Assembly: GCA_964016885.1 (NCBI GenBank)
Contig: OZ024750.1
Location: 19,530,001 to 19,594,000, forward strand
DNA length: 64,000 nt
Direction: 5' to 3'
Source: Eledone cirrhosa
Taxonomy: Eukaryota
The stretch's first letter is position 1. Each line of letters opens with the position of its first letter. The notes below the pieces were generated by a model. The model was not told where the DNA came from. It saw only the letters and a program-made list of their open reading frames with translations, and did not search any database. The position numbers were made by a program, and so were the translations under genes. Shown here one piece after another: positions 47,150 through 60,912 of the stretch.

Positions 47150-47943
47150 TGGTATCAGATGCAGCGAGGGAAGCGACAATCATTGAAGCAAGGTGGAATT
47201 CTAGGGAATTCTCAACGAGACCGGCTACCATATCTATAGCATATGGTAGAATTCAATGAGAAGGGGACTGCTGCTATCATACATACCACCCGCACTAGGT
47301 ATCCTCGTTGGACAGACTATTCTGCAAACACCAACCTACAAACAACAACATGTGCACATTCCCTAATTGTCCCATCAACAATGTAGAATTGCGCATACGA
47401 GCGTATGTGTTCTACAGGATCACCTGTAAGGATCGTAGCTCCTCGTGCATCGGAAGTACCGTCTGGATGATGCGCAAACGGATAAAAAAAAAAAAAAAGA
47501 TGAGGGGAGCTTCATCTGATAAAAAACATTTTTACTGTTGCTGCAGCCAAGATTTTGAGGTCACCATAGAGGCAATGTGGGCACTTTCAGAATCAAAGAA
47601 GCCATTATCAACAAGAAAAATCGATATTTTATGGTTGTGGAAATGCACGAAACAGATAGGCTACTATAACGACATCAAGCAAGGATATCAGACGCGTAGG
47701 CCAGTTAAGGAAGTAAAAATTGATCGTTTATTTTTATTTTGAACCGTTCCTGTTTATCATGGTGAAATATAATGGGTAAAATATTACTTTGTTTTGTTTT
47801 AATTCCCATCCATGCTGCTTTATATATTTCTACCGCATTGTAACAGCTTTTTGAAACTTATCGGGTTTTTATTACATATTTCACAATGGTTCATATTAAC
47901 TATGATACTTTATACAAACACACACACACGGAACCCGGGATAA

Positions 47944-47946
<3 letters not shown>
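47150..47946 (+). mobile_element. Penelope-like element 3' remnant with GIY-YIG endonuclease pseudogene
   Basis: CTFPNCPINN..YVFYRITCKDRSSSCIGSTVW..RKRIK (VVY.ITC..C...YIG.T.R-like), then, frameshifted, FRIKEAII. The end AACCCGGGATAAAC resembles the ends at about 18633 and 60900. Confidence 0.75.
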
Positions 47947-48039
<93 letters not shown>

Positions 48040-48057
48040 ACGTTTCTGTGCGTCTGT

Positions 48058-48089
<32 letters not shown>

Positions 48090-49487
48090 ACATGCCAGTT
48101 TTTGTCTATATGCACATGTGTTTGGAACACCCGTCATTTACCATGTAGAATATCTCCACCCACCCCGTCACTGATATTGTCAGGTGCCGTAAAACTTCGA
48201 TACATAAGAGATTCAGCTTCGGGTTTGTCGACTGTATTTAGACCAGGCTTCTTATGCAAGATAACAGAAATTTGAAATCGATATTATTATGGTGTGAACT
48301 CTCATCATAGACAGCTATCTTCCATTCATCTAACGTAGAGGCTTTACTGTGTTAACATTCGTCGCACGTCTAAATCAGAAGAAATTGCTTTAGTTGAATG
48401 TAGAAGCTAATCCAGAAGAGAAACGTCATATTTTGACTCGCTTGCCAGAGTGTGTTTGTGAGCTACGCCACAAAGAATACACTTTAGTATGGTAAAGATG
48501 TGCATACAAAGAAGACCTTATCTGGACCAATACTTCTATCAGTTATGAAGAAAATCTTAATATTACAGACTACTTATAATATGTCTATAACATCGGTAAC
48601 TATCTAGACGGTGGATTAGCTATTTAGTTGGATATTTTATCGTGGGATAAAATAACATATGTTTTTTCATTCCTCGTCTCTGCCCTTAGAATTTAAATCC
48701 TGCCGAGGTCAGCTTTGCCTCTCTTAATTTCGAACTCGATAAATAAACTACCAGTTGAGGACTGAGGGCTACAGTTCTTTTATATATCTTACTCCCGCTC
48801 TCGCTTAACATGAACAAAAAAGTCAATTATATTCGGATCTGTCGAAAGATGACCTCTGCAAGTTTTAAATGTCAACGACGGCATCTGTAAGACTCCACCA
48901 AGTGATAAGTTCATATCTAAGGATTTAGATATTTATTGTTACTCGCACGAGTAAATATATTTAATATCTTAGCTTGCTTTGAAACGCCAATCTTTGTCAC
49001 TCAGCGTGCAGGCATTAAATATATGATGAGACAAATGGTTCTAAATTTGAGATAGTACAAATGTTTGATACTCCTGCTCTAATGAATATTGGCAGAATTG
49101 TCAGAGTATCGGAAGAAATGTCTTCTAGGGTCTGCATTTAAATCTACCTGGCGTGTTAATGCATTCTTTAACACCACCACCTGTCTCCGAAGAAGGTCTC
49201 CTAGTTGAGGATAAAATAGGTTCATACATGATGCCCGTCAATTAGGAATAAACATACACGTGTAGAGTATATACATACACATGTCACAACTAAAATAACC
49301 ATAATAGTAGTCGTTTCCTGTCCATAATAGCTGAAGAAAGGGAGATAAATAACCCTGGAATAGAAAAAATCTCCCCAGTAGTATTTACACGATCTTCTAA
49401 GCTGTTGGATCACACACATTCCAAATTCCAAATTTTGCCAATACTTCTCAATCCGATTACTTCGTTTATGCATAATACATACATAGA

Positions 49488-49740
49488 AGGTGGCTGCCAA
49501 CTCGTTTTCGAGTACGACCACTACTTTATATCCATGTAGGAGAACCCCTACCGATGCGCTGAACGAGTGTGACTTTTTAGTCCAGCCAGCGACTTGGAAA
49601 CTCTGGTACAAACACTTCACTTGTGACAATTATTGACACATAGTGCTGGGCCCATGGTTCCATGTAACGACAAGTGCATATATATCTCCAGATATAAAGC
49701 AATGCCTGTGCCGTGAAGCTTTTTATAGCGAGGAAAGGCA
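49488..49740 (-). mobile_element. RTE-clade LINE 3' end
   Basis: Minus strand encodes a C-terminal C2H2-like finger remnant (..CTRVSKSLAGLKSHTRSAH) followed by the short 3' stem GGTCGTACTCGAAAACGAGT. Confidence 0.55.
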
Positions 49741-50665
49741 CTGCACATACATACATACATACATACACACACACACATGTACGTGTGTGTGTCTATGTGT
49801 TTTCACTTGCTTAGCAGGGTGGTATTGTTGTTTTGGTCTCGGTGCAGAATCTAAATACCTTAATTACTGATCATTTCCTTTGGCGTCTCAATCAACGCGA
49901 CGCTGTCTGCGACTCTGATATTCATTAATTATCTATAGCACTGATGACACCTTAACTCTTCAATCATTTTATTTTATATTGCAATTATACAAAGAAAAAA
50001 AATGAAAAAAATATGTTTCAAAACGAAATATTATTTTTCTAAAAAACGAAAAGAATATTTATTACATTCGTTTGTAACAACTCTGGACAAACTACCACTT
50101 TTACTCACTGAAGGTTAAATTAAGAAAAATATCGATTAATAATCAATCAAATATGGCAAATTTGTTAAGTAAAACATCGAAAAAACATATAGTTATATCA
50201 TTTACATTTAATGATATCCACTTGTTTGAAAGTGTACTTTCTAAACACACTGTTCTGGAACGAAACAGGAACATATAACAGAAGAGGTTATACAGCAACC
50301 TCGTTTTAATGTTTAAGTCAATATGATTTAAAAATTCTATATATATATATACACAATAGAAATACCATCACACATCTTTTAATATTTTTAATCTTGAGCC
50401 CCTGTTTCCGTTAATATAATTTAACGTGTTTTTCATAATTTCCCCATTAAAATGGTTTTTGAAAACATGTAGGAAGGGAAATATTTTCACAATTAGAATC
50501 AAAATATTTATAATGCACATTAATATTGGTTTTCACTGTTTAATCGTGAAGGGAAATTAATGTTTTAGTTTATTTCAAGATTTCATTCAATGTTGGAATG
50601 AGACCTGCAAATTCGTGGTTATGATATGATCTAAAGCTCACAAGGAATATATTTGCATATATGTA

Positions 50666-50715
<50 letters not shown>

Positions 50716-51146
50716 ATATTGAGTGTTTTCAGCTCACCATCGAACAGTTCGATTTCTCGTGGCGCTTTGTATTTTGTTTAATATACAATAAATCACGTTT
50801 ATCTAGCCATCTCAGCTAAACAAAATGAAATATAACTTTGTTTCATATGGCCAACCATGTCACTATTTTCATCACCTTGTATCTCACAAAAACACTACAA
50901 AAGTTATGTGCGTCTCTGTGGAACGCTCAACCACGTACACGTTAACTTCACGAGCAAGACAATTGGAACACTCAACATCGGAATCACCATGTGCTTTTTA
51001 CAAATGAAACTTAAAAAAGTGTCACTTGTTTATAGTAGTTTCTAAATATTTATTCAAAACTGACTCTAAAAGAAGCCATGACTCTTAGTTTCCTGATTTC
51101 TTTCAACATATGTATATTTATGAGTGTACACTGACATCGATACCCC

Positions 51147-51187
<41 letters not shown>

Positions 51188-51639
51188 TCTTTAAGTCGTT
51201 TGGAAGCCGCCTCGACAATGCAAATGGGTAAATATATATACAATGTCAGAAAAGTATCATGGCCTCTTGTATACCATATAGATTTCACTATCCTTCGGCT
51301 GCCTTATTTATTTGCAGACTGCAATGAACTCCATCCAATCATAGAGTGATATAGAAGTATTGATATACCCATTTCTGTTTTTATATATCAGAAACCCTAA
51401 TTCGAACTTAACAGCCGCAACACTTTTCCTTAAATAGGTAAAATATTTTATATTCTATTTCCATTGTAGAGGCAGAGGTGTATATAAGAAACTACTGTTT
51501 ATATATCACTCTTAAAGAACTCTGTAGAATATAAATGTTTAAAAATCTCCGTATTTTGCCTTTCGGTCAGAGAATGAGAATCTGACGTTGAATATTATAG
51601 TATTCCCTTCAAAATATGTTATATCATACTATTATCGAG

Positions 51640-51780
51640 CTCAGTAGTTTATTGGTACTTTATATATCAACTCTAAAGGGACAAAAGGCAAAGTTACCTT
51701 CAGTCCGATTTGACCTTAGAGCGTAACTATTTAGTGTAATGTATTTCATCCGACACATTAGCAATTCGACCAATCTATTT
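51640..51780 (-). mobile_element. Diverged Meta-domain SINE
   Basis: TTGGTACTTTATATATCAAC..AAAGGCAAAGTTACCTTC..GATTTGACCTTAGAG. Confidence 0.6.
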
Positions 51781-52702
51781 CCTTGAACATAGGAATAATA
51801 ATGTAATAGGAAGAGTGTTAGAACTATACTAATATAGAGAACAGATAAGTTTTATACCTCTAGATTGACCTAGTCTTATGTAAACAAATGTTATTTTAGA
51901 TTCCGAATTATTCCATTAAATTATATTAAAATGAGGAAATAAATATATCCCTTTCATAAAATCTTCATGACGACCAGATGTAATTTAGTTACAAGATATG
52001 GTTAAATTTAAGTCTTTACCTAGTTTTTGTAATATACATGATTGATAAATTACGAAGTTTTCAGATAGTAATTGTTATCAAATGGATATTTTTATCATAC
52101 ATCACCAATTCAATTACTTAATGTCCATTGTTCTAATGTCTAATACATTGCATCGCATCCATTAAGGTTGTAATAAGTTGTACCATGTCTATAAATCCGT
52201 AGTTATTCCGAAATGCAATTTCCCACCTGTCAACGAATCTCTTAGTATAGATCCAAGATTGATTTCGACTTATCTAGAAACATGTTTATGTCTTTATGTA
52301 CGTTGAAAGGGAAGGTTAATAGATTCCGTTACAACAACTGCGAGCAAATGCACGGTAGACTTTCATCACATTTAAACTGAATTTACGTTGATTTGCAGCC
52401 AAAATATTACGCTAAGTAATCGCTAGTGAATGCCATGAGGGGAAACGTTATATCTACCAAATTAATACTTTAACACATTATCCTATTTCTACTTTCCAAT
52501 TACTGTCAAGGTTTGTGGCCAAATTCCAAGGTTCTGAATGACCTCGATACATACTAAAACAATTTGCAAGGAAACAAAATATGTAATGAGAAAAACAACA
52601 ACTAAAATAATCTGAAACACATTTTATGCAGTTGTATGTTCCTACATATTCTATCATTGATTCCTGTTTTTTTTTTTGCGTAATGCTAGTGGAATTGTGA
52701 GA

Positions 52703-52753
<51 letters not shown>

Positions 52754-52762
<9 letters not shown>

Positions 52763-53130
52763 TAAAAGGAAAAGAAAATGCTGACAAATTGTTCCCAGTG
52801 AAAAATAGTTTAATTAGGAATAAGTAAAAATTTGTAATAAGTATTGGTTAGTATTCAGTTTTAAGTCTTTACCGGTTGCGCATTTCTAATGCTTTTCAAA
52901 AATAATTTTGAGATAGAGCGCCCGTGATGTTTGCTCTAATCAGATTAGAGCAAACATCACGGGCGCTCTATCTCAAAATTATTTTTGAAAAGCATTAGAA
53001 ATGCGCAACCGGTAAAAACTTAAAACTGAATACTAACCAATACTTATTACAAATTTTTACTTATTCCTAATTAAACTATTTTTCACTGGGAACAATTTGT
53101 CAGCATTTTCTTTTCCTTTTACTAATATAT
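52754..53130. repeat. 377-bp near-perfect palindrome (two mismatches, 1-nt centre at 52942) from a PLE-like fragment with variant hammerhead
   Basis: Arms are reverse complements; each carries TTGAAAA-gcatt aga aatgc-GCAA-ccgg-TA. Confidence 0.9.
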
Positions 53131-53330
53131 CACAACTCGTGTGTTACACCTCTATTCTTTTAAATATATATATATATAATATATATATATATATAATATA
53201 TATATTATATATTATATATATATCATATATATATATATATTATATATTTACATATTATATATTATATATACATATATATAATATATATGTATTATATATA
53301 TAATATATATATATACATATATTATATATA

Positions 53331-54154
53331 TCTTCTCTTTTCTTCCCTTTTGCTTTCCCTCCCCCTCCTCCGTTTTCCCAATAACTTATCCAGTTATTTA
53401 CGCCCTGGAGTGAGATATCTTGTCTTTAAAGCGCAAAAATATCCGAGACCCCCAGTAAACAACTGATGAGGAAACACACACATCCTTGCTTTCTTCGTAT
53501 TCCCACTGCATTTTAAGTTACCTTAAATAGCAACTACACAGCCATTTCTATTCTCCATATATTTCATCATGTTTACGCTGTGACCATTCTTCTCTCCCCT
53601 TCTACCTACCTATTTCGCTACTTTCTCTCTCACCCCCTCTTTCTTCCACTCCCCTTCTCTCTATCTACTCTTACCTCACTTTCTTCCTCTCCCTTTCTCC
53701 CTCTCACTTTCAGCCCCTCGCCTGACCGTTTAGCAGTTCTCTTCTCACTTACAACTGCGGCGATCAGACGTGTGTCTTTTTTCTCTCGACCACCACTCAG
53801 TCTTGAACTTAAGTTCTCTGATCGAGTGGTCTTGGATTTCCTTACCTTAAATTGCTCATACACTGCTCGGTTTGCTGTTTATTTTCGCTATTTTTGTTTT
53901 AATGTCTTCTCTTTTCTTCCCATTTGCTTTCCTTCCCTCCCTCCTCCGTTTTCCCAATAACTTATCCAGTTATTGACGCCCTGGGGTGAGATATCTTGTC
54001 TTTAAAGCGTAGAAATATCCGAGACCCCCCAGTAAACAACTGATGAGGAACCCCCTCCACACACACATTCTTGCTTTCTTCGTATTCCCACTGTATTTTA
54101 AGTTACCTTGATAACAACTACACACCCATTTCTATTCTCCATATATTTCATCAT
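53331..54154 (+). mobile_element. Element with about 240-bp terminal direct repeats (53331-53570 and 53905-54154), PLE pLTR-like, embedded in (TA)n
   Basis: Direct repeats read directly; no TG..CA ends; long internal hairpin CAGTTATT..AACAACTG. Confidence 0.6.
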
Positions 54155-54603
54155 TATATATATATATATAACATAATATATATATATATATATATAAACA
54201 GAGAGAGAGAGAGAGAGAGAGAACGACGTTTATATAGTCATATATGTTGTTCGAAATACTGACCCGTTTAGAATTTGTGCAAGCACATATCAATTCTTGA
54301 ATCAATTTTTTTCTCATAATATATATGTTAACTGTGACCCACACATGCTCTCTATATAAATGTATATATATGTACATATAACTGGAAGTTTTAGGTAATA
54401 TCGCGTAGATATAGACTTTTCTAGCCAAATATTTAAAGCGAAGCATATTTCGGCCCTATTAGTCCAAGGCGAAAATATGTTATGAAAATACAAAAAGAGA
54501 TGAAAACATATTTAAATATTTTACAAACTATGCTTTCCGTAGAATGATTTGGAACTTACAGCTATATGTAATGATTACGATGCTGAGAAAGACATATCGG
54601 AGA

Positions 54604-55280
54604 ATTTGTTTCAATATTCCTACACCGGAAATTGTGAAATCTCTTTCTGAAATTCATTTTCCTGTCGAAAATAACACATCACTGGGTAAGCAAATATTTA
54701 CAACGAAACGTATGGTAATTTTAGTGTATATAAGAGAGACTATCATGCCTACTAGTTCATGTCTATTTCATGAGAAACTATAAATATAGAAGATGCTATA
54801 AGAGTGTGTATATTAATTAGCACTATTGGTGAAAACAATATACATATGTTTGCTATGATAGACATTCTTATCGACGGAATTTCATGTGTAATTCTTGCAA
54901 TTAAATATAAAATATATAACACATTTAATTGTCTGTTTCATCTCTCATACATACATTAAAATTATGATCTACTAAATCACGAAACAATAGAAATACATCA
55001 GGTATATATATATATAGATATCCATCAGATAGAAACAATAACCGTGAGCTTTAAGTGACAGAGAGACAATTTGAGGTAGAATTCGTTTCAATATGTCGAC
55101 TGCGGAAATTGAAAGAACAATTTCTTGAAATACATTACAAAATAAAAATAAAACCTATTCTCCTGTCACAAACATCGCTTCACTGGATAAGCAAATATTT
55201 GTAAGGAACGGTATGACAATTCTGAGAGAAATAAGAGAGAAATCATACTTATTAGTTCGTGTCTCCTTCAAGGGAGATTA
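54604..55280 (+). repeat. Old diverged duplication (54604-54780 vs 55081-55280)
   Basis: Shared GTTTCAATAT..CGGAAATTG..TCCTGTC..TCACTGG.TAAGCAAATATTT..ATAAGAGAGA..TAGTTC.TGTCT. Confidence 0.75.
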
Positions 55281-55804
55281 CCTCTTTTCTCAATTTTCAA
55301 GCTAATGTTAATATTTACATAGTGAAGCAATTTAAAGTCAATATGTCTGAGCCAGTTGGCAAATATTGGACAAGACATTTTTGCGATTTCCTTGTTTTAT
55401 CATTCAGGGAATACTTCCATTAAGTTAGCAGTGACAGCTCTAAAGATAAGTACTTAAAAGGGCATTCGGCAATTAACTTACTTTCGCAAACTATTTCTAA
55501 AAGTTTTCTATAATGACTTTTGAAGCCGCTGTCTACCAAACCAGAGCTCATCAAATACAGTATTGCTGCTATCTCTAAGGAAATTATATTAAGCAATGCA
55601 TTATTAGTTTTTCTGGTTTTCAAATCAGTCGGGAGGTGCTACTCAAAAATATATTCCTTATCAGACAGTTTAACAAACAAATGAAAAATATGCAGATATG
55701 CTGTTTTTTTACTATATGCAAAACAACATACACTTACATACACGCACAGATACGCTTATGCTTGCACACACAATCACAAATAAACAGACACTGGCACACA
55801 CACA

Positions 55805-55843
<39 letters not shown>

Positions 55844-56031
55844 ATATTGCGAGAGAGACAGAGAGATACATACGAACAGAGGTATAAATAGGTGTTCAGT
55901 AAAGAAAATGTCACATAGCTCTCACAAACGCACGATCCGAAACAGAGAATTGTGCATATAGTAACTCACATTTACACACTATTCTATGTATGCAGAGAGA
56001 GAAAGAGAGAGAGAGATTGAAGGATGGAAGT

Positions 56032-56078
<47 letters not shown>

Positions 56079-56479
56079 ATTTGTATTATATATTTGTATA
56101 CACACACACATATTGATGCTGATAATTTGCACAATTTTTTACGTGTCTACAGTAAGTAATCATAGTCTCTTCCCAGGAAATACAGAATATTGATTTGATG
56201 AGTATCAACGGTTATTACCATCTCATCCGTGATCAGTTAATGAACTCCTCTCCATAACCAGGATATTAGCTTATTGATATCGATAATCCATGCAACCAGT
56301 GACATAACTAAATTATTCTGCATAATTTGTATAACATGTAAACAGTTGCAGTGGGAGTTACCTATTATATATAATAAATATCATTAAGTTCAGGATAAGT
56401 AGGTATATTATTATGCATTATATCACTATATTCATAGTGATCGTGACGTGTCATGTATTCTCACTCCTACGTAATTACT

Positions 56480-56519
<40 letters not shown>

Positions 56520-56527
56520 GCACATAT

Positions 56528-56570
<43 letters not shown>

Positions 56571-56703
56571 TATAGTAAGGTGTATTATTGATTGTGAAAA
56601 ACGGTCCAATAAATTTTTGTTACCAATATTATGTCCTCCACGCTTTAGTATATCTCCAATTCCATTAAGGGAACAGCCAGATGATGTAAAAACGGAGTAT
56701 TAG

Positions 56704-57185
56704 TATCAAAATGAAAATCCGAAAGCAAGGTAACACTTCCAATCATTTTAATCACGACACATATTTCAATAAGGGATAGACCGATCGTGAAGCCATGAAC
56801 AATTATCACTGATCTCATCAGGTGAAAATGAATTGTCTTCAAATTCTTGATATGAGTGAGAAAATTAGCAATGTTCACTCACAGAGTTTATTCTCGCATA
56901 TGAAGATCTAGCAGTCAAAATGCCTCGACTGCTTGATAGCAGTCGCCGCATTTTGACTGCTAGATCTTCATATAAACTTCTAGATCTTCATATAAACAGG
57001 GAATAAACTCTGTGGGTGAACATTGCTAATTTTCTCCCTCATATCAAGAATTTGAAGACAATTCATTTTCACCTGATGAGATCGGGAATAATTGATCATG
57101 GCTTCACGATCGATCTATCCCTTATTGAAACATGTGTCGTGATTAAAATGATTGGAAATTTTACATTGCCTTCAGATTTTCATTT

Positions 57186-57190
<5 letters not shown>
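56704..57190. mobile_element. Inverted pair of PLE-like pLTR fragments (about 490-bp imperfect palindrome)
   Basis: Arms are reverse complements (hence near-identical ORFs 56645-56878 on - and 57016-57285 on +); centre GACTGCT-TGAT-AGCAGTC. Confidence 0.85.
57069..57142 (+). ncRNA. Type I hammerhead ribozyme-like motif (mirror copy at 56752-56825, minus strand)
   Basis: tcac-CTGATGA-gat..(long stem II)..att-GAAA-catgtg-TC-gtga. Confidence 0.7.
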
Positions 57191-57227
<37 letters not shown>

Positions 57228-57340
57228 CCATGAAAACAGTTTACAAGCCAATACAAGAGCAAGAATGATGGTGTCATTCTACTGACATGGCTTAAAAAGA
57301 GTGTTTGCATAATTTCAAACGAATCGAATGTTATTATTAA

Positions 57341-57420
57341 TCCTTACGGGGTCGATAAAATAAAGTACCAGTAATGCACTGGGTAATTGCTGGCCTTGTG
57401 CCAAACGTAGAAACAATTAT
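57341..57420 (+). mobile_element. 5'-truncated Meta-domain SINE
   Basis: Core and tail; TSD ATTATTAAT at 57333 and 57416. Confidence 0.88.
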
Positions 57421-60360
57421 TAATATTCGAAAACCTCAGATTACATTTATATATATTTTGTTATATATATATATATTGTTATATTTTGGGAGTGTCATGC
57501 TGCCAATAATAAGACACGCACTTGTTTCACTTCAATTTAGTATAAAGTTACAGTTGGTTAGTTTAATAACTTGATGGTTTTCTATTTACTTATTGTCAAA
57601 TCCTCAGTGACACATTTGAAATTTTGTGTCTCTCCTTTGATCCGTCCTACACAATTTCATATCAATTGTATCAATTGACAAACAGTAAGAAAAAACCAAA
57701 AAAGAAGGGACGGGGGAAAACACTACACCATTGTCTCGGTGGAACATCACAGCTGTGTCTAACAGCTGAGATATAACTAGAAAACATCGCTGCGATAAAC
57801 TGCCAACGACACCCAGTGCATCGACCATTGCAACTGGTAGGACTTCCCTCGAAGTCGTAGAGGGAAACGGCAATCCGTTGTCCGAGGACACCTGCGGTTT
57901 TTATGTAAAAAATAAGAAATATAAATGATCACCCAAAGTCTCCCATTTTTAGATATTTTATCCTCCTCTGTGTTACGGGCATAGATATCAGGTTTTGAAA
58001 TTAAACATCTTGATGTCATTATATGTATATTAAATACTTCATTTATTTATTGCATCATGCACTTGAAAACTGACCATTTACCTTTCCTGTATTTCTAGTA
58101 TAATTGAGGCGATTGTCTTTACTTTGAATTTGAAGGGATATTGATTGTGATGGTTATTGTAAAATTTCACGAACTTATGGCAACATTTTATGACTATTTA
58201 ACTATTTCAATTTTTTGAACACCTATGCCAACGGTGAACTGATATAATAGAGCTCATATAGCGCAAATAGTAGTATCATAGCTTGCTTTTGGCAGCCATC
58301 TACCTTCAGGGTGGAATGATACGCTTTAAAATTATTTCAAATTGTCAAACGTAAAGCTGTCGACTGCACCTAACTCGTTCGTGATTTCATGTTTCTATGT
58401 TTGTTGAACAATTTATCTTCGAGGTTTTCAGATATATATTCGTCAAACTATTCTTCCACTTGATTAAACTGAAATCATTCGGTTTTGCTTTAAGGATAAT
58501 ATTCAATTCCAAGTTTCTGAAAGTGACCATATAAATCTATATGATTCAAATAAGAAATATTAAATTCAATACTTCCATTTCCCAAACAAAATTATTATCT
58601 TTGAAATACTTTTATAAAGACTACTATAGTCAGAAGAATGTATGCGATAACATTAAATTCATTGTAAACCATATGGAATTCATTGTTAACCACATAAGGC
58701 ATAAATAAGTTTATCACATTTCAAACAAGATATTGAAATATAAATTATGAATCTAACATTAAATGAAACTATTTCAAATCTAAAGAAAACACTTATATCA
58801 CTTTACACTATTGAAGAACATTGTCAACAGTGCACTATATTGCAGTATCAATATTAAATACATCATTTACCTAGCACGTATTTGATCATATCCTGTAAAC
58901 CTGATTTTCATAAAATAACAATGTATATAGCATTTTAGTGATGATCATATGAATTACTAATTCTGCGAATTTATATATATTTACATCGTTTTCACAATAT
59001 TCAAACATCGTTTTCACAATATTCAAACATAAACAAAAAATGTCTATGTTTGTTTTTACTATATTGATAAAGGCTTATCCTCTGGGAATGTCAAAGTGAT
59101 ACATATGTAAATATTTTCGAAGTTTTCTTGTAATATTTTTATTCAAATTCTCTTGTTTATAAAACATTAACTATCGAGAGAGAAAGCAAGTGATTTAATA
59201 AACTCTGGTGCCACATGGGGTGCTATCATTTTATATTTCTGAGAATTTATAAAATTTAATATAAGATATGTTTTACAGTTTAAATAAATACATATAATAT
59301 TCTATAAAATAAATCAATAATTTACAACTTTTTCTAACAATACTTTTTAATATCCTCCCTCTCCATGTTTCAATTGAATATGTATAATGTAATATATTAT
59401 TGTATGAGGCTGTTAGTGTGTTTCTGACTGAAATATTTATATATGAAAAAAGAAAACCTTTTTGGATTTATTTAATCATCTCAAAATTTTTCCAGAGTTC
59501 TCCTCCAGGTGTGTAGTGAGTGTATGAAGTGCAATACAAACACACACTCACACACTCTCATACACACTTACACACACACACACACACTCACACGTATACA
59601 TAGAAATACACACTCACACACACGTACACACATAGATACACACACAGACATACACACATACACACACATAAATACTAACACACACAGAGACACACACACA
59701 TATATATATTTATATATGTATACTATGTATGATTATATATAGATGTATAAAAGATGTGTGATTACAAATATGTGAAAGAAAACTATAGAAAAATGTGTAT
59801 TGAGGACAAATGTAATAACTAAGGAAAGTGTCATGTATAAAATTAAACGAGATTTCAAAGAAAGCAACGTGACAAATTGTTATAGTGTGAATGATATACA
59901 ATGATAAGTAATATAGCGTTCAAGTGAAACTCAATCATAGGGATGACGACGGAAACGTAGGCAAAATATATAAATTATGTACTTTTTGAAGAAGTAAAAG
60001 CAAAACTAGATTGTTCCGGGAATTTCTATTCTGAGTTCAAATTCCGCCTAGACATTGAAATTCCACAGCCGGCCAAAGATAATCCACTGATTACAGTAGC
60101 GTAGGGCATCATGACGGCTAACATATATGGGTAAAATGATATTGTGGACGTCTGGAACTGTAGTTTAACGAATATGTCGGTGGTGATGATGATGTTGGAG
60201 ATGGGGATGATCATGATTGCAATGATGTATTTATTCCATTCCTATATTGAATATTCTCTACCTACCTGGATATCAATTAGAAAGGCAGTTTTCCAATTAT
60301 ACAAAGTAAAATGCTTCTATATATATATATATATATATATATAGTATATTGGTGTCTAAC

Positions 60361-60397
<37 letters not shown>

Positions 60398-60718
60398 TAT
60401 ATGTGTGTATGTGTGTGTAATTCCGCTATTCGGCCAGGTCATTTCATCTGTTTAATCAGATATGACTAAATCTATTATAATTTTCACCTGCATTGTTTTC
60501 ATCTACAATAAATTAATCACTATTGACTGTCATATTTTAAAATACTTCGGTATTTTAAACATGCATTCTAATACATATATTCATTCATACATACGTATAT
60601 ATATATACATACACACATACATATATATACATAATAAATATGTATTTATTACAAACTTATACACACTTATACACACAAACGTATACACATACACACACAC
60701 ATATATATATATATATAT

Positions 60719-60912
60719 AAGTTTTAATATAGATGAGATTCTACAGGACTAGAACTGTTTCATTCTTTAGAAATCATCAGGAATCCTGATGATTTCTAAA
60801 GAATGAAACAGTTCTAGTCCTGTAGAATCTCATCTATATTAAAACTTTTATACTCTGCAATGTATTGAGTACCTTACTTACTGTGGTTACCTCCGATTCA
60901 ACCCGGAATAAC
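60719..60912. mobile_element. PLE-like fragment: 129-bp palindrome (60719-60847) plus tail; same family as 18470-18648
   Basis: Perfect arms around a 1-nt centre at 60783. Tail TGTATTGA.TACCTTACTTACTGTG.TTACC is shared with 18595-18626. Confidence 0.8.
60737..60785 (-). ncRNA. Type I hammerhead ribozyme-like motif (mirror copy at 60781-60829, plus strand)
   Basis: gattc-CTGATGA-tttc taaa gaat-GAAA-cag ttctagtc ctg-TA-gaatc; stems I and III pair fully. Confidence 0.75.

Noticed and set aside
56645-57285. Two near-identical ORFs (MNIANFL.HIKNLKTIHFHLMRS..) on opposite strands
   Set aside because: A consequence of the inverted repeat; GTG starts and no recognisable domain.
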